From the NCBI RefSeq assembly GCF_009914755.1, contig NC_060926.1: a stretch of 64,000 bases of DNA, one strand, 5' to 3'. Source of the stretch: the human T2T-CHM13v2.0 reference genome, Homo sapiens. Positions 42,997-55,955 of the stretch are shown piece by piece. Numbering within the stretch: the first letter of the stretch is position 1; the number at the start of each line of letters is the position of its first letter. The translations under genes were made by a program, and so were the position numbers. The notes beneath the pieces are model-generated. The model had not been told where the DNA came from, ran no database searches, and saw only the letters and a program-made list of their open reading frames with translations.

Positions 42997-45900
42997 GACT
43001 GATGGACAATAATTCAGTCAGTTTATATGCACTTAACCCCTCCATCTTTCATTCTGCAATCTTAATTACGAATGCCGCATAAGAGATTTAATAGGCCTTG
43101 CAAAGCAAAACCAGTGATACAAACATTTTAAAGCATACGTATACTTAGAAATAATGCAAAACATTAGATAGTAAATTCTGACAAGAAAAGCTAATTTGAA
43201 AAACAGAAATAGCTTTAGACAAAATTTAGGTCTCCAAGGTAAAGTAAAAAGTTTCCAAGTATTTTTGGAAACTTCATTTCTCCTTTCTCAGTTTCTCTAC
43301 GATTCCATGCTCCCAACCAAACTTCACAGAGGTCTTTCTCCTCTGTAAGCTATCTTACTTGGCATTAGCCAATTTAAAAAAAAGAACTAGCAATCACATA
43401 GGCTGATCACATACAGAAAACCTGCCAAAACTCTGGTTGAAAGTGAAGAATTCAGATATCTAGATATTTTTATTTATCCGTAAATCCATTCATTCAAGAT
43501 ATGCATTACTGAATAATATGTACTGAGGGTAGAAAAATGAGTAAGACATGGCCCGTGCTTTTAAGAAAAATTATTCAAATTTTAGAAATTAAGATCTCAT
43601 AGGATATTCTTTCAATGCTGGGGCATTGCCTAACAAGCCTATAGAAGCATTTTTTAAATCTCTAGAAGAATGTACCTGTGTTTGTGCTGTTTAGTGTTAA
43701 TTAAGGGCTTAGATGCTGTGAAATTACATGTTAACATATGTTAGTTGGCAGAGGCCAGAGATGTTGCTAAACATCCTACAATGTAGAATTCTCCCTACAA
43801 CAAATAATTCTCTGTCCAAAAAATCAATAGCACTGAAGTTGAGAAACCCTGTTCCAAAGAGATCAAAAGGGAAACCAGGAAACCTTTGCCCTCCTTGGAA
43901 AGAGAAGTTTTAGTGGTTTCTGCAGTAGGTTGGTACATGGGATAGAAGTCAGGAAGTGAAGCCTGTGAGAGGACACTGCAGGTTTTTCCCAGTGGAGGTT
44001 GTTAAATAAGGAAGTCCTAAAATGAGAGGGGAGCCAGGGTTAGTGGAAGTTTCTTTTAGGAATGATAATTGGTGGTACCAAAGTATTTTAAAATGTTTGA
44101 ATCAACTGAAGTTTTTATTTTTCATTTGGATGTTAGATGCCTTCGAAACTTTCATCTAAGCCATGTTAACAGTGTGTTATCTTGATGAAAGATCTTTACA
44201 GTTTCTGCTTCTTTAAAAGGGGAGAAAATAATGCTGCCTATTTATGGCCACATCTCATGATCGCACAGATTTAGCAAAGGAAAATACCCAAAGCGCCTTG
44301 ATGTCTAATGTTGGATTCTCACCGTTAAATATTTTATGAAAATCTTTTGATCTTTTGTAATGTCACTCTGTAATCTTACTGCATTTCTGTAGGTAAATAT
44401 CTGAATTATTCAAATTAGTTTATTAACAGTCTTTCATTTGTTAAATACAGATACTCCTTGAGTTATGCTTCTTGTACAATGAGTGACTGGCTGCTCATTA
44501 TGTCTCAAAGAAAGGTTCCTCTCAGCACCCTTTTGTTTGAGAAAGGGGGGGTTTATGATACTAGGAGAAGTAAATGTGAAGTCATTACTGTCAGAATTGT
44601 CTTTTTTGTTGTTGTTTCCTTAAGAAGTTGTTTCTTAAGGGTTGCTTTGCCTCATGTGAGAAAGCCAGAGAGTGCTGTGGCAGAATGGGTCATTCTCTTC
44701 TTGTTGGAAGCCTGGCAGAGCCTGTGGCTGGTGGTAGGAAGGATTCTTTTTGCTCTAGCTGGTAAGTGGATGTCATAGCTGGAGGGCGGGGATTTTCTGA
44801 TCATTTGACATTGGACAGTTATCAGCTGCAGCAGTTGGCGGGGACAAGTTCAGTCTTTTGTTTTGTAAGTGGAAGCAGCCAAGGCCATAGCAACAGATAA
44901 CTGATTTCCTGACATCAGCAGGTCTAAGTTAGAAGTCAGTGCCAAACCATACTGTATGTTATCACATAGGGTATAAAGGGTTTTATGGGTTTCTCACAGA
45001 AATTAACCACCATTTATAGCATAATTTTCATGATATGTCCCATGTCCCAAACAATCAAATTAAAATTATTTTGGATCACAATCCATATGGGTTTGTTACT
45101 CTCTTTAGTCTGGATTTCTTCTAAAATCATTACAGTAGTGTTTCAGTTTTCATCTTCTTCTAGACTGTCTTCTCTGAGAGTCCAAATATGTGTCTTAATA
45201 ATGATAGGAGTATAATTTTTATAAAATGCAAAAAGTTCTAACAACGGTTGGTTAATTAATGTGTCTCTATTGCAATATATGAGAGTAGATTCTCTCTGTT
45301 TATTTATTTGTATGCCCAGGGGCTCTGTCTACTGAACAATTTCTTGAAAAGGGTCTGCTCCGAAAGGGAAAATCACTTTCCTTTGTATAGTCTGAAGACA
45401 GTAAGTCTGGAAAACTGCTAACCCCAATTTTTCCCAGCAGAATATTGTATAAAATCCACTTACCACCCAAGTCCAAAATGAAATTTTTTTCCAATTATTA
45501 TATGTAATTAAGCATATCCAGTTATTTTAACTTTTTGTACACGTGTTAACAACATTTTGTCTGATGATGATGAATATTCACCTTTATTTTTAATTAGCGC
45601 CAGTGAAACTGACCTTAGCTTGTGAAGTTGATGTATATACTGTCAACAGTGTCCCTGAACATCATCTCCCAGGATGAAGAAAGAATGCAGAGGGAGGGGC
45701 AAAACCACTCTTCCTCTGAATCTGTCAAGTTCCACTTTGGATTGTATCCAAGGCTGTGCTTTATTTACAAAGGCCATGGAAAATCAGTGGAGGAATGTGA
45801 CTTAAAAAATCTTCCACAATTTTTAAAGAAACGTCATTCTTTTCTTGAATCATCACCGAAATACTGCGGAAAACCACTGAGCAAGGTTAGTACATGCCTT

Positions 45901-46639
45901 TTTGAAAATGACTTTTTTCATGGAACAAAAACTTAATGTTTCTAATGAAATAGAAAGTTTCTAATAAGAATTCTATATCTTAATTAGGTATGTATACTTT
46001 TAATAAATTGATTCAACATTGAACTGCTAAGTAGCATAACATAAATATCGTTGTTAATTTTTCTTTCATACATATCTTCCTAAAATACCATTTTTAATTT
46101 GTTCAGTATAGGAGTATTAGGCCAACCATTTTATTGGATTTAAGTGATTAATAATTTATTGCACTAATCACTTAGTCTATGGAAATATTTAATAAGCTTA
46201 TCCTAATGCTTTTTTCAGATAAAACATTTTTACCTTAGAAAGTCCAAGTTAGTTTCTTTTCAGAAATTTTTTTTGTAATTTTCCTGTGTTCTAGAGACTG
46301 CCTAATTTTTTTAAAACTACATCAGACATAGTATTATATTCCTCTTTTCCCCAAATTCTATTCCTAGCCTAACCTGAATATCATAAACACAAAGTAATTT
46401 TATACTCTGTGGATTAGAGGTTGTGGTAAACTGCAGAAAACCCCCCATGGGGCAAATGATCAGATTTGAGAATTCAGTTTCTCCTCTAACAGAAGCAGTG
46501 AAAGCTGAACCCTAAATAACTGAAGTGGGGGATACAAATGATGTAATATCACATTAGAAGGGCTATGATGTTCTTGTAAATGGTGCTATGAAGAGTCCCT
46601 TCAAGTGTTCTATCAAAGGCAGGGTCTGGGGGTCCAAGA

Positions 46640-46860
46640 TGGGCTGGGTTAAGAGAAAAGGCTCTCAGACAAAGTTAAGTTTGATATTTGTCTCTAAAAC
46701 TGACTATGTGGCCTGGGACAAGTTTCTTCACCTCTTGAAGCCTTGGTTTCCTCACCTGTATGTTATTTACTTCATTAGATTGTTGGGAAAATGGAATAAG
46801 ATAATTCATATAAAGAACGAAGCTTGAAAACTGTGTAGAAGACTCAATAAATGTTCCTGC
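46640..46860 (+). mobile_element. MIR
   Basis: ctatgtggcctgggacaagtt...ccttggtttcctcacctgta...gactcaataaatgtt. Confidence 0.75.
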
Positions 46861-48176
46861 TGTAGCTGTTGCTGCTGCCCTTTGCTCCTCCTCGTTTACA
46901 AATGATTCGGGGAACTCAGAGCTTCGGTTACACCTGGGGGACTTCTTCCTCTGCCCCTGCTCTTTGCCTGTGCGCTTCTCCCTCTCTAAATCCCTCTCTC
47001 TCAATGGTTAGGGTGTTCTTAATTTAAAAGTTTTTCCCCAGCTATTTGCAGTAAAATATTTCCTTAACCCCTTCCTTAAAATACTTTCTTAAAACCAGCC
47101 TGGAAATGAAGGTTGATTCTGCTCTTTGAAGCGGGGGTTGGGGATTTCATAGTGGTACTAATTATACCTGCAGCTCAGCCTTCAGTTTACAAATTAAGAA
47201 ATTCAGCTTGTAAGTTTGATAAGATTTGGAAATAACAACAAGGAACTAGAAAATGAATAGTTAACTATATAGCATATTGGTAACTGTTAAAGGGTTAAAA
47301 CTAACTTTGTCATTCAATTGCTTCCTGGAAATAAAACCACTCAAATAAAACCTAAAAAAAAAAAAAAAATTGACACTCCCATCTCACATTACTATAATGA
47401 AGGACTATACATTTCCTCATGCTTTTCCCTCAAATGTACATACTACTTTCAAATAGTTATCTAATATAGAGGGTGTGCACCATGCCAGGTTCCCAAGATA
47501 CAAAGATAAATGCTACCATCCTTGAAGATGTTCACAGCCTCACAAACACACAGTCACTGGCAAGCAGTAATTATATAGTGTACACCAGAGAGGTTTGCTG
47601 TAAGCTAGCAGGGAGGCATTTTGTATTCATTGAAACTCCTGGTCCTTCCATAAGTTTTGATGGGGCATGGATGAATACTTCTTATGGGGAAGGAGAGAGT
47701 GTGTAGCTTCTCAAGGGAAAGAGGTTGAAGTGGTTGAATTGGTTTTGGACGGGTGGCAAGCAACAGGATATTCCAGGCACAAGGAACAGGATAAAAAGGA
47801 TACAGCTTGTGGAGAGACGATCAGTAGCTTAGCTAGTGCTGAAGTGTAGAATGATGTCTGGTGGAAGTAGCGGAGAAAAGCTGGAAAAGTAGGTTGGGGC
47901 AAATCGTGAAGGGTCTGTACCCACTCCTCCCAAATGATTGTCATGCCGTACTGGTTTGATGAATAACAGCAACTCTGAGATTCTTAGTATGTTCTGGTTT
48001 TTCCTTCAGATATTCCTTTTAGACTGACATTCCTAGTAGTGGGGAGGGGAATCATTTCTGCTTTTTTATGTCACCCCTGCAACAGTACCTGGCAAAGATA
48101 GCGCCTGTCTTTGCTATTTAGTTACAGCTTTGCCAAGGTCAATGGTTGTCACTGTCCCTGAGTTTCTACCTTTCAG

Positions 48177-48300
48177 ATAATTTTTACTCATCAAGGAATA
48201 GAAACAAATGTATTGGAAAGGAGCAAGTGTGACATAGTCTATGTCCTGAACCTGAAGATCAAGTCAGTATCAGCTGCCATCTTCCTCTTGGAATAGACTG
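48177..48300 (+). other. RMDN2: Candidate upstream non-coding exon of RMDN2
   Basis: Acceptor tttctacctttcag| at 48176 and donor CTG|GTAAGG at 48300/48301, 124 nt apart in non-repeat sequence. Confidence 0.35.
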
Positions 48301-48694
48301 GTAAGGCCTTGTTCACAGCCCATACGTCACATTTTTATTGAAAGCCTCTTCTGTGCAATGTGCTGGGGATGCAGCAGTGAACAACTCAGTGGGCTCCTGG
48401 AAAAGCTTAAATTTTGTTTTAAATACTGAAAAGCTCCTTTTAAGTATTAGCGAAGAGACAGTCATGTTTCTTTGGTATCTAAATCTTGTTAAAAGAGAAA
48501 ATTGTTTTGCATGATCGGTTTATATCATATTGTATTCTAGTTAAATAAAGCTAGCATTATATTGCAAGATTGCTGCAAACCATAATAAATAGGAGTGAAG
48601 TGGGTTTGTAGAAGGTAATATTTTACTAGTTCCAAATCTGAGAGGTTAAAGATTAATCTGCTCTTTTTCCAAATACAACTTAGGTTTTTGCTCT

Positions 48695-48981
48695 TGTTTT
48701 TTGAGACAGAGTCTCATTCTGTCCCAGACTGGTGAGCAGTGGCCCGATCTCGGCTCACTGCAACTTCTGCCTCTGAGGTTTAAGCAATTCTCATGCCTTA
48801 ACCTCCCGAGCAGCTGGGACTACAGAAGTGCGCCACCACACTCGGCTAATTTTTGTATTTTTAGTAGAGATGGTGTTTCATCATATTGGCCAGGCTGGTC
48901 ACGAACTCCTGGCCTCAAGTGATCCGTCCGCCTCAGCCTCTCAAAGTGCTGGGCTTACAGTCGTGAGCCACTGCGCCCTGC
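48695..48981 (-). mobile_element. AluS
   Basis: Antisense Alu. Confidence 0.93.
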
Positions 48982-49307
48982 TACAAATTACTTTTAATAA
49001 AATGACCATGGCCAGGCTTACTTATTCTTCAATGCGGCTTGCCTGAAGCTCAAAAAATCATCTTAAAGAGCCTATAGAATCCCTGAATCCCTATCCGTAA
49101 ACAGTAGTATATGGATTGCAAAACAAGCCTTCTGGATTCTTCATGGCTTTATGGGTGTTGTCTGCTGTTGCTGTTTTGAGAAAGAGTGTACCCATTTTTA
49201 ATTCTGCTCAATATATTGGTGGGAAGTTTAGAGATTAATGTTATGCAAACCTAAGCTTGAGGCAGTAATACTCAAGGTGCGGACAATACAGAAGCAGTGT
49301 ATGTACT

Positions 49308-49606
<299 letters not shown>

Positions 49607-49914
49607 TAAGAGCGTATTTAGCAGAATTAGTTTCATTATACAAACCACAGAAAGCTGGGTAAAACCTTAAATGTCAGGCATCTGAAAAAACAGCGGCTTT
49701 CATCTAAAGGCAACTCGGAATGGCGGGGAGAAGGAAGAGGCTGTCAAAATTGCTCATTAAAAGAAAACGTGAGATAAAGCTATGAACACGGGGCTGCAGA
49801 TATCAGTAATTAGTGCAAGGCGTCTGCCTTTAATTCAGTCGTGAGGAGTAAAGTGCAAGGTTGTGCCTAGAAAGGGCACAGAAAAAGGTTTAACTAGGGG
49901 AGAGGGAGTGGGTT

Positions 49915-50750
49915 TGAGAGCCGGAACGAAGCGAGCTGGCGGTGGGCGTGCGGAGTGGCAGCAACGCGAGAGGGAACGCGCTGGGGCTAGCGCGGAGGCC
50001 CAGAGCCCAGGCGGGGGAAAAGGTGCCGACCGGCTTCGAAGGGAGGCGACGGCCGAGACACACGGTCCGGCGCGAGCCAGGCGCCCCGCGACGTGCAATT
50101 TTATTTTGCAAAAGGTGCACCCAACGCCAGTCCCGGTAGAGTTGAACCCACCACGAGAGGGAGAGGGGGCGGGAGCGGGGGGCCGAGCGGCCGCGGGCTC
50201 CTCCCCCGGCGCCTCCGCTATCTGGGTCAGGACGCGACGGCCGCGGCGCGGGACCTTAGGACCCGCGGGCTCCAGGGCTACTGTCCGTCCGCCACTGCCC
50301 GCCAGCAGGTCCTGGTCTCCGCTCTCCAACAGCTGAAAGGCCGGCGCAGTGAACACAGGTGCGTGCGCAGTCTGGGAGGGGGCTGCTCAGCCGCTGGGGG
50401 CCGGACCGCGCCGGGGACTTGCGGAGGGAAGCGGAAATACTTGCGGTGGGGGCGACTGCACTTCCGGGTCGGTGTGTCCCTGGCGAAGCTTGAGCCTGCT
50501 AGCCAGCGGTGCTCTGCGTTCCCGGGGCTGGAGCAGCGGCCCATAGTGGCTTCCCGGGTTCATCCCTCGCTGACCCTGCGCCACGGAAGCCCTAGCCCCG
50601 GAGGTCGCCGGTATTTCCTCGCACGCGGACGCTTCTGGGGTGCGTGGGGAACAGGCAGTTTGCTGCCTCGGCCCGGCTGGTCCCTGCAAACCCCAAAGAA
50701 TTTCAACAGAGACACTTGCTGGGCTCTCGCCTCGGCTTTCAGCCTTGCGC
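49915..50750 (+). promoter_or_regulatory. RMDN2: CpG-island promoter of RMDN2
   Basis: Very high GC and CpG density; GC box/G-tracts at 50159-50182, NRF1-like TGCGTGCGCA at 50360-50369, ETS CACTTCCGG at 50459-50467. Confidence 0.9.
50200..50358 (+). other. RMDN2: RMDN2 non-coding exon 1 (TSS approximate)
   Basis: Donor CAG|GTGCGT at 50358/50359 inside the CpG island; no ATG in the exon. Confidence 0.7.
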
Positions 50751-51592
50751 AAACATTTTGTTTTTGTTTGTGTGGGGTTTTTTTTGCTCTCAGACTCCGT
50801 CTGTGCCTATTTCACACAAAAACGAAGGCCGGATTATCAGTGCTGCCAACATAGGGGAATGAGGCAAACACTTGGGAGCCCTAAATTTAAAATAAATTAT
50901 AAAATACAAAAAAACCATGAAAACCTGATGAAATGAACAATAGAATTCACTTCGAAAGTACCAGGTTTTCCAGGACGCTGTAGGAAATCTGATCACTAGT
51001 TCAAGGTCTCAGTGCAATTCTCTTAGGAAACTTAAACCTCGGGCTTTTTTGTAATGTCTCTTTATCCTTGCAAAATTTGTCATACCTTCCCCGAGTTTAT
51101 TAGAGTTATGCATTTTATATTTTTCTCCTCTAAGGGTCTGCTGATGAAGTTAATGAATATCTGTGCTAGATTTATGGTGAAAGCATTATAATTAATTTAG
51201 TAAAGCATAATTTCTACATCAAAAAATTAATTTTAAATAAAACTAGAACATGCAAATGAAATGTTTCTTCAGACATATCTTCAGAAAACATTTCATATTC
51301 TATTTTCTTTAGAGTCAACATTTTGATGTCATTTTAGAATACTTGATTCTCATCTCAACCTTTAATATTACACAATAATACACATTAATTAAGTGCCATA
51401 ATCTATATTAAAATGTCATTTTCCATTGTTATTTACTAGCACCTTACAAATTGAAACGTAACATAATACTTTGTATCTGATTATTAAAATATTAGAGTTT
51501 TAAAATCTGTTTGGTAAAGTTTTTAATTACTATATTTTTTTTATACTACAAGTGTATACTATTAACATAATTAGAAGTATGAAAGCTAACAA

Positions 51593-51877
51593 GGCTGGAG
51601 GCAGTGGCCCATGCTGCTTATCCCAGCACTTTGAGAGGTGGAGGCAGGATTGCTTGGGCCCAGGAGTTCGGGACCAGCCTAGCAACATAGGGAGACTCAC
51701 TCTCTACAAGTAATGTAAAAATTAGCCGGGCGTGGTTGCCCACGCTTGTGGTCCTAGCTACTAGGGAGGCTGAGGCAGGAGGATGACTTGAGCCCAAGTG
51801 GTCGAGGCTACAGTGAGCAGTGATTGTACCACTGCACTCCAGCCTAGGTGACAGAGCGAGACTCTAAAAAAAAAAAA
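51593..51877 (+). mobile_element. AluJ
   Basis: Alu dimer with J-type diagnostics. Confidence 0.92.
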
Positions 51878-53789
51878 GCTATGTAAATGACTTCATACAA
51901 CCTTTGAAATTATTCTGAAGGCAAGCAAGTACTCTGATGTATTTTGTACATTATTTTTAATGTGTCATTTTTCAAATTATCAGTGTTGAAGCACATTTGT
52001 TTTATGCTGTTATAAAACTCAAACATAGCTTGAACTGTTAGTCTTTAATTGTGTTTGTTTAAAACATCAGCTCCGTTGATTCTATTTTTTTCTAGTTAAT
52101 TTTTGTGGTTCTGAAATAATATTTCAGCTTTGAGCATCTCTGTTCAGTCAGTACTCTCCTTCACCTCCTTGTTGATGCTTTCCAAATCTCCCACATGTTG
52201 TGGGTGCATCCAAGAGTTAGGAACAGGTTGTCAAAGGTGACAGTTTTCACTTCCCAGTTGGGTGATCACTGGGTAAGTGACTTGACACCTGTGTGCCTCA
52301 GTTCACTTATCTGCAAAATAATAATAGGACCTGCATGGAAGAGATGATTTGGAATTGGTGCAGTTCCTAAAGAAAGGGCCAAGCAAAATAAGACTTTCCC
52401 ACCTGCTGAAACCTGGTCCTGTCTCAAGAATAAGTTCTCCTTCCTAGGTAGATTTTTACTTCTACTTATTTGCTTATTAAATGAAAATATTTTCAAACTA
52501 GGCTATATTTCTTAATGTAAAAGTCCAAGGTATGGGCAAAAGAAAGCAATCAGAATAGGAAGATTTCCTTTAATAGACCTCTATATCAGCGAATGGACAT
52601 CCTGCCTGAATAATTTTATTGACAAAAATAAAGATGATTAAACTTGATGTGTGAATATTAGCTGGAATGCAGTTGTAATTAATGGGCATAGAGTGACTTA
52701 TTTTTTTGCAATAAGCTTTCAAGATAATTTAGTTTTGTGATACAATTTTTTTGTAGAATACATTTACACATCTAGCAATAATTAGCTACAATTTCAGCTG
52801 AAGTTACAAATTGATTGGAATCTGTTGCTGGCATGTCTCCTGGATGAGCTGGGAGTGGGCAGATGGTTATAGTTCCCAGTTATACCAATTAGGTGAAAAA
52901 AAATTTTTTTAAGTTAATTCCAGGCAAATTTCTGTGAGGTAAAGCAGGCCAGATTAAGTACCAAGGCTTTCTCTGGAATCTTTGGTTTAAAAGAAGGAAT
53001 TCTTAAATCTCTTGGATATAATATTCACTAACACCTGAGGTAATTTCTGGAAGATTATTTTAAAGTCAGTCCTTCTCTTTGACACTTAGGCCTGTAATGA
53101 AGTGTAGAACATCCAAACAGGATACTTTCTGTGTTCCAGGCATATACTCTAGTGAAATAGGAATCCAAAGACGTTCTTATTTTAAGCAGGCTTTTCAGAA
53201 ATAGATTATGGCTGCTTGTTCTCTCAGACCCTCTTCCATAGGGCATTTGCGAGCCCAGAAATCCTAACCAGTAGGCCACCAAGGAAGCATTTGAAACATT
53301 ACATTTAGTTGGCCATTTGAAGTGTAAGAAACAATGCTTGGTAGAATATGTGGAATCACAGGATATAAAGCAGAGGATGGTGAATTTCGGGTATACAACC
53401 TAATTCAGAATTTTCATCTTACTGATATTTTTTCCCCAATTCACACTCCCAGCTATTTACTTTGCTTCCTATCTTCACTTCCTATCTTAGAACAGTGAAG
53501 CAATCAAAGAGAGCTTGCATAACCTCCCACCACTGCATCTACCCACCTATTTAAATCTCTGCTCACATAATCTGCCTTTTATGACTATGAATGAATGGTT
53601 TATGTTCCCATCAAAGGTCAACTCCTGTGCTTGTGCGATAGAGCCCACCTCCTTTGCCTTCTCAAGTTTATTGCTATGCAGTTTTCTATATGTCTACTTC
53701 ATCAATTTTTCTTTTCTTTTTATGGACTCTTTTCTGTTGGCAAAAAAAACCTGTTATTTCTTGATCTTTTGGCACCATTTTCGCACTTA

Positions 53790-54110
53790 ATAATGGCGTA
53801 ATTTCTCTTCTATTTGTTTTCTATTTGCCCATCTGTTCTTTTTTCTCCTTTTCCTGCCTTCTTTTGGACCAAGTGAGTATCTTTAGTGTTCCATTTTTAT
53901 CTCTATTATTGTCTTGATATGTATTACCTGGGGTTTTTTTGTTTGTTTGTTTTTTAGTGGTTATTCTAGGGTTTACAGCTATGCATCTTTAACTTAATAT
54001 GATAATTCTTCATTGTAATCTAAGACTCTTACAACAGTATACTTCCATTTGTCCTTTCCCACCCTTTGGGCTATTGTCCTACTTTTTGTAAATCCTGTGA
54101 TGTAAACTTG
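53790..54110 (-). mobile_element. Old L1M fragment
   Basis: T-rich antisense L1 similarity (tttagtggttattctagggtttaca...). Confidence 0.5.
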
Positions 54111-54213
54111 GCTTTTGTTGATTGAAAAAGCACCTATATTTTTGTCTTGGACAAAGACATAAACAACATTCATTTACATTTATGTTTTTAATTTTAGAAA
54201 CGAAAACCAAGAA

Positions 54214-54665
54214 ATGCCTTATTCCACAAACAAAGAGTTGATACTTGGCATCATGGTGGGCACTGCTGGAATCAGCTTGCTGCTCTTGTGGTACCACAAG
54301 GTCCGTAAACCAGGGATAGCAATGAAGTTACCTGAATTTCTTTCTCTGGGTAATACATTTAATTCAATAACTTTGCAAGATGAAATACATGATGACCAAG
54401 GAACAACAGTAATCTTTCAAGAAAGGCAACTTCAGATACTGGAGAAGTTAAACGAATTACTGACAAATATGGAAGAACTCAAAGAGGAAATCAGATTTCT
54501 TAAAGAAGCTATTCCAAAGCTGGAGGAATATATACAAGATGAACTTGGAGGGAAAATAACTGTTCATAAGATAAGCCCTCAGCACAGAGCGAGAAAAAGA
54601 AGACTCCCCACAATTCAAAGTTCAGCAACAAGTAATAGTTCAGAGGAAGCAGAAAGTGAAGGAGG
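54214..54665 (+). CDS. RMDN2: RMDN2 (regulator of microtubule dynamics 2, FAM82A1) first coding exon; exon 54198-54665, CDS continues beyond the window
   Basis: Acceptor ttttag| at 54197, ATG at 54214, donor GG|GTAAGT at 54665/54666 (452 coding nt). Protein MPYSTNKELILGIMVGTAGISLLLLWY... with N-terminal TM helix, coiled coil and acidic/Ser tract matches the recalled human RMDN2 N-terminus. Confidence 0.95.
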
Positions 54666-54994
54666 GTAAGTTTCTTTAAGATATTTCCTATGTTGAATTG
54701 GTTATTATCATTATTACTATTATTTAGGTATTTTCATTATGGGTTCCAGTCATATATCCTGCTGCTCACATAAAATGAAAAGGAGTGATATTTTGACTTA
54801 GATTATAATTAAAGTCATATTCAGTAGTCAGTATTTAAGCTAGTTTAGACCATATTGACAAAAGGAATATAAAAAACTTACTGGTAGCAGGTGGTATTAT
54901 GTGAATATTGAGGAAGGCAGTAATTACTTGCCAAAGTGTATAACCTACTGTTTTAATGTAGCCACTCTGACTCCTTCTGAGAATTCTCTAGACC

Positions 54995-55205
54995 ACTCCT
55001 GTTCAAAAGAACTTTCCGCAGTGATGGAAATGGTCCAAGTCTGTGCTGCCCAATGTGGTAGCCACTAGCCCCCTCTGGCCACAAAGCACATGAAATGTGG
55101 CTAATGCAACTGAGGAACTGAATTTTCCTTTTATGTCATTGAAGTTGTAATTTTATTTAATTGTAATTAAATTTAAATAGCCACTTGGGCTACTGGCTAC
55201 TGAAT
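54995..55205 (+). mobile_element. MER3-like hAT MITE
   Basis: agaactttccgcagtgatggaaat...gtagccactagcc...gaaatgtggctaatgcaactgaggaactgaattt. Confidence 0.85.
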
Positions 55206-55294
55206 TTTAGTGCAGGTCAAAAAAGACTTGAGAGTATATAGGTGACTCTGTCTCATCTTTGCATGGGTTAATCCAGTGGCTAGGTCTCTTTTCT

Positions 55295-55955
55295 TTTCTT
55301 TTTTTCCTTGCAGAAACCCTCAGCTCACCCGAGGGCCAATGGAAATTTATTAATTTTTTTGTCCTTTTCCATCCTTCCCCAAGTGGCTTTTCCTTGCAAA
55401 ATGCCTGACATGACACCAGAGGGGAACCTGGGAGCGAGGGGCACCCCAAGGGGCAGCCCAGGGACTTAAATACAAGCTGGAGGGCAGGGCGCAGGTGGGA
55501 CAGGCAAGAGACAGCACGAGGGACATGGCTTCTCAGGGAGACCAAAGACTTACTTTCTTGCAGGAAGCAGCCGTGCCAGAGGGCAGGGGACTAGGATCCT
55601 GGGTGCAGAGTGGGTGAGCAGAGAGGCCCCCAACCCTGGATGGAACCCACATTCCCCAAAGAAGTAGCAGCAGGGGATGAGGGCCTTCCCTGGTGGACTC
55701 CAGAGACAGAGGGGAGAGTGAGCCAGATGTGCTGCCTCAGGGAAAGGGAGGAGGTGCTAGCAGAGTGAGGGTTAAGGCTGGTGCCCAGCCTCTGGCACGG
55801 TGGGCCTTCCGCCTCCGCCTGACATGAGGACAAAGGGGCACAGTGGGCAGGCAGCGCATGGGTCTGTCTCTGGCAGGGCAGAGGGCGGCAGGAGCAGACT
55901 CCCTCCAGGCTCAAGACACAGGCCCAGCGCTGCTACCCACCCACCCACCCGCCGA
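55295..55955 (-). pseudogene. 5'-truncated processed retrocopy of an mRNA 3'UTR (parent tentatively MARK2, unverified)
   Basis: Perfect 15-bp TSD ctaggtctcttttct (55280-55294, 55956-55970); minus-strand AATAAA at 55346-55351 followed by an A-rich tail; GC-rich non-repeat body in an AT-rich intron. Confidence 0.85.

Noticed and set aside
49835-50854. Long ORFs (157-253 aa) over the CpG island
   Set aside because: Non-ATG starts, low-complexity Arg/Gly/Ala/Pro content and overlap of the exon-1 donor; expected from stop-codon scarcity in GC-rich DNA.
54666-54669. Stop codon of the 151-aa ORF as the true gene end
   Set aside because: It lies within the GTAAGT splice donor; the CDS normally continues in downstream exons.
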